Source: Octopus bimaculoides
Lineage: Eukaryota
DNA: 53,880 bases
Assembly (NCBI RefSeq): GCF_001194135.2
Contig: NC_068982.1
Span: 116,577,826-116,631,705 of the forward strand
Reading direction: 5' to 3'
How positions within the stretch are numbered: the stretch's first letter is position 1; every line of letters starts with the position of its first letter. The notes below the pieces were generated by a model. That model was not told the origin of the DNA and did not search any database. It worked only from the letters and a program-made list of their open reading frames with translations. This document shows, piece by piece, positions 50,662-53,880 of this stretch. The position numbers and the translations under genes are program-made.

Positions 50662-51809
50662 GAGATTAAAAGCTTAACCTATGCGTAGCTCAAAGAACTC
50701 AGATCCTTTTCAGATCTAAGAACTCTAACGCACTGCTGAATTCTCTAGATCCTAAATTTTCAGCGGTTGTAAGCATATGACTAAGTTTCTGTTGACAAAT
50801 TGAAAAGTGCCACCCTCTCGGGATTGAACAACTGTACCACAGATTCTAAGCCACTAACTTTTTAGCCTTATATTTTACGGTCAAAGGGGAAATACCTGTA
50901 GTTTTCGCCTTTTGTTTCTTTCTGACTTCTTTTTCGTTCTCCGGATCTACAGCATTCCACTTTTTATATCTACTTCTTTCTCACCTTTTGGTCGCTTCTT
51001 CTCTCATCCTATCGTCCAATTTTTAGTTCGCTATGCCATGTGGGCAGTGCTTGATGATTGTCCTAGGTCACCAGACATGGTAAAAAATATTGTCTGGCAT
51101 GCTCTCCGCACATGAAACTAATAGTAGCACATTAAAACATATGTTTGTTAAATAATATTTATCTCTCACCAGCTAAGTACTTTTTTTGTTGATCACGGAA
51201 CAGTACACTTTATATATANNNNNNNNNNNNNNNNNNNNNNNNNNNNNNNNNNNNNNNNNNNNNNNNNNNNNNNNNNNNNNNNNNNNNNNNNNNNNNNNNN
51301 NNNNNNNNNNNNNNNNNNNNNNNNNNNNNNNNNNNNNNNNNNNNNNNNNNNNNNNNNNNNNNNNNNNNNNNNNNNNNNNNNNNNNNNNNNNNNNNNNNNN
51401 NNNNNNNNNNNNNNNNNNNNNNNNNNNNNNNNNNNNNNNNNNNNNNNNNNNNNNNNNNNNNNNNNNNNNNNNNNNNNNNNNNNNNNNNNNNNNNNNNNNN
51501 NNNNNNNNNNNNNNNNNNNNNNNNNNNNNNNNNNNNNNNNNNNNNNNNNNNNNNNNNNNNNNNNNNNNNNNNNNNNNNNNNNNNNNNNNNNNNNNNNNNN
51601 NNNNNNNNNNNNNNNNNNNNNNNNNNNNNNNNNNNNNNNNNNNNNNNNNNNNNNNNNNNNNNNNNNNNNNNNNNNNNNNNNNNNNNNNNNNNNNNNNNNN
51701 NNNNNNNNNNNNNNNNNNNNNNNNNNNNNNNNNNNNNNNNNNNNNNNNNNNNNNNNNNNNNNNNNNNNNNNNNNNNNNNNNNNNNNNNNNNNNNNNNNNN
51801 NNNNNNNNA

Positions 51810-52552
51810 CCCCACTAATTTAAAAAACAAACGTTACAAAGCGTTTAGAGTGGAGTAAAAACCTACAGAATTGGTCCCTACACCAGTGGAAGAATGTTAT
51901 TTCCTCGGATGAGTCATCCTTTACCTTATTTCCAACCACCGACCGAGTATACGTGTGGAGACAGCCAAAAGAAGTATTTGAACCAGACTGCCTTCTTCCA
52001 ACTGTTAGACATGGAGGAGGATCTGTGATGATCGGTGGGGTGGGGGTGGGGGAAATATCTTGGAAATCCGCCGGCCAAATGGTTTCCCTTCTTAGCAAAA
52101 TTAATAGTCAAGACGATTTAAGCGTTCTATCTGATCAAATTCATCCTATGGTTGCAGAACACTTTCCAGAGGAAAACCCAATCTTTCAGGATAATAATGC
52201 ACCAATTCAAACAGCTAAAGTTGTTACTGAATGACACTAGGAGCATTCTAGTGAAGTTGAACATCTGAGCTGGCCACCACAGTCCCCAGATCTCAATATT
52301 ATTGAACATTTATGGTGAATTTTAGAAAAACAAGTAAGGAGTCGATATCCTCCACTATCGTCACTACAAGAACTGGAGACAGTTTTAGCCGAAGAATGGC
52401 CAAAAATTCCTTTGGAAATAATTCAAACTTAGTACGAGTCCATACCTCGTAGAATTCCAGCTGTAATTACTGCCAAAAGTGGTCCTCCTCCATATTAATA
52501 TAAATTTGCTTGAAATTTTAAGGTGTTTCCATTAATTTGTTCAACCCCTGTA
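51810..52552 (+). mobile_element. Tc1-like transposon, 3' half with right TIR (DD36E spacing)
   Basis: IFSDESSFTLF, VRHGGGSVMI, FQDNNAP, WPPQSPDLNIIEHLW; TIR GTGTTTCCATTAATTTGTTCAACCCCTG-TA; several stops; 5' half falls in a gap. Confidence 0.95.
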
Positions 52553-52571
52553 TATATATATNNNNNNNNNN

Positions 52572-52604
<33 letters not shown>

Positions 52605-52610
<6 letters not shown>

Positions 52611-53030
52611 GGTGCAGGTGTGACTGTGTGGTGGTAAGAAGCTTGCTCCCAACCGCATGGTTTCAGGTTCAGTCCAACTGCGTGGCATCTTGAGCAAGTA
52701 TCTTCTACTATAGTCTCGGGCCGACCAAAGTCTTGTGAGTAGATTTGGTTGCCGGAAACTGAAAGAAGCCCGTCGTATAAGTAAATATATGTGTGTGTGA
52801 GTGTGTGCCTTTGTGTGTGTGTTTGTTCCCCCACAATCGCTTGACTACGAATGTTGATGTGTTTACGTCCCTATATGTTAGCGACTCGGCACGCGAGGCC
52901 GATAGAATAAATATCTGGCTTTCAAAGAATAAGTATTGGGAGTCGATTCATTCGACAAAAAAGAAAAAAACTCTTCATGGTCATTCTCCTGCATGATCGC
53001 AGTCTGAAACAATGAAAAGATAAAAGATAC
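52605..53030 (+). mobile_element. SINE family C with internal (TG)n
   Basis: GTGTGGTGGTAAGAAGCTTGCT...GGTTCAGTCCAACTGCGTGGCATCTTGAGCAAG...GAAGCCCGTCG-(TG)n. Confidence 0.9.
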
Positions 53031-53249
53031 ATACATACACATATATATAAGAAAAAAGCATAAATAATGGTCATTACATGTTATTCTTTATAGAAGTAAA
53101 ATAAAAATATGTAACGGCCATTATTTATGCCTTGTCTTGTATATCAGTCTGTGTAAAAATCAGAATAACTGGCGCACAACCATAGATTTACAATATAGAA
53201 TAGGACCCTTCCACAACAATACGCGGAGTTCTTTACTAATCTAAAAATC

Positions 53250-53700
53250 TAAACATTCCTAATACTTTTTTCCCTCTGCCTCTACCTCTTGTCTTCCCAC
53301 ATGATCGGTATTCTGCCAAGCCTGACCTTTCTTTCTTTCTTGGGCGGCTGTTGTGCGTGCAACATCGTTATTTCTCTCTGTGCCTGTGAAATATTGTATC
53401 CCGGCTGTAAGGCCTTATTTTCATATACGCCAGCTTAATTTTATTCGTCCTTAGTCGAAAGACATCTGTCGTTATGTCCCGTTATTATTCCTATTGGATT
53501 TGGGTAACATTGTTCGTTTTTTCCGTCCTTGTTTTTGTCGAGAATAACCAGCCGAAATTGCAAGGATAATCTGGATCTCGACTGAAGAAAGAAAACTCCG
53601 AATGACCTGTCCGTGTTTTCTTTGTATCGTCTGTCTGGATGTTTTGTCCCTTTCTTGTATCACCTAACTGTCTGGATGCTTTGTGCTCCTGTCCCATTCT
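53250..53700 (-). pseudogene. Possible LINE ORF1 relic
   Basis: Purine-rich, protein-like shifted frames (...QPPKKERKVRLGRIPIMWED); no diagnostic domain. Confidence 0.25.
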
Positions 53701-53842
53701 GTATTATTTATATATATTTATATATAGCGGCGTACATACACTTTGTCTCTTATATATATATGTATATGTATTTATTTATGTTTGTATATGTATGTATTTA
53801 TATGTATATATATGTATGTATATGTATGTATATATATGTATG

Positions 53843-53873
<31 letters not shown>

Positions 53874-53880
53874 GTATGTA
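53700..53880. repeat. (TA)/(TATG) microsatellite
   Basis: Directly visible. Confidence 0.95.

Overview
AT-rich, repeat-dense eukaryotic DNA from a gapped draft assembly with 8 N-runs. The SINE families and microsatellite load point to an octopus (coleoid cephalopod); this is inference from recognising the repeats. No intact, nameable host gene is visible, and most listed ORFs are microsatellite or gap artefacts. The window holds >20 tRNA-derived SINE copies of about five families and a 53-bp minisatellite. It also holds decayed transposons: a full-length pogo-like element, a Tigger, a DD36E Tc1, a Helitron 5' part with an OTU protease, an RTE LINE, a Penelope GIY-YIG fragment and possible L1/Tx1 relics. 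Several palindromic MITE-like elements and a few low-confidence exons are present. The most striking structure is at 39.2-40.5 kb. A near-canonical type I hammerhead ribozyme sits in the loop of a 914-bp near-perfect hairpin. A second hammerhead-like core lies in the arms, and a deleted copy of the ribozyme lies downstream. Two more decayed hammerhead motifs occur elsewhere, and a 275-bp segment appears to have been copied into an antisense SINE with a 39-bp duplication. All alignments and folds were done by eye; identities are approximate.
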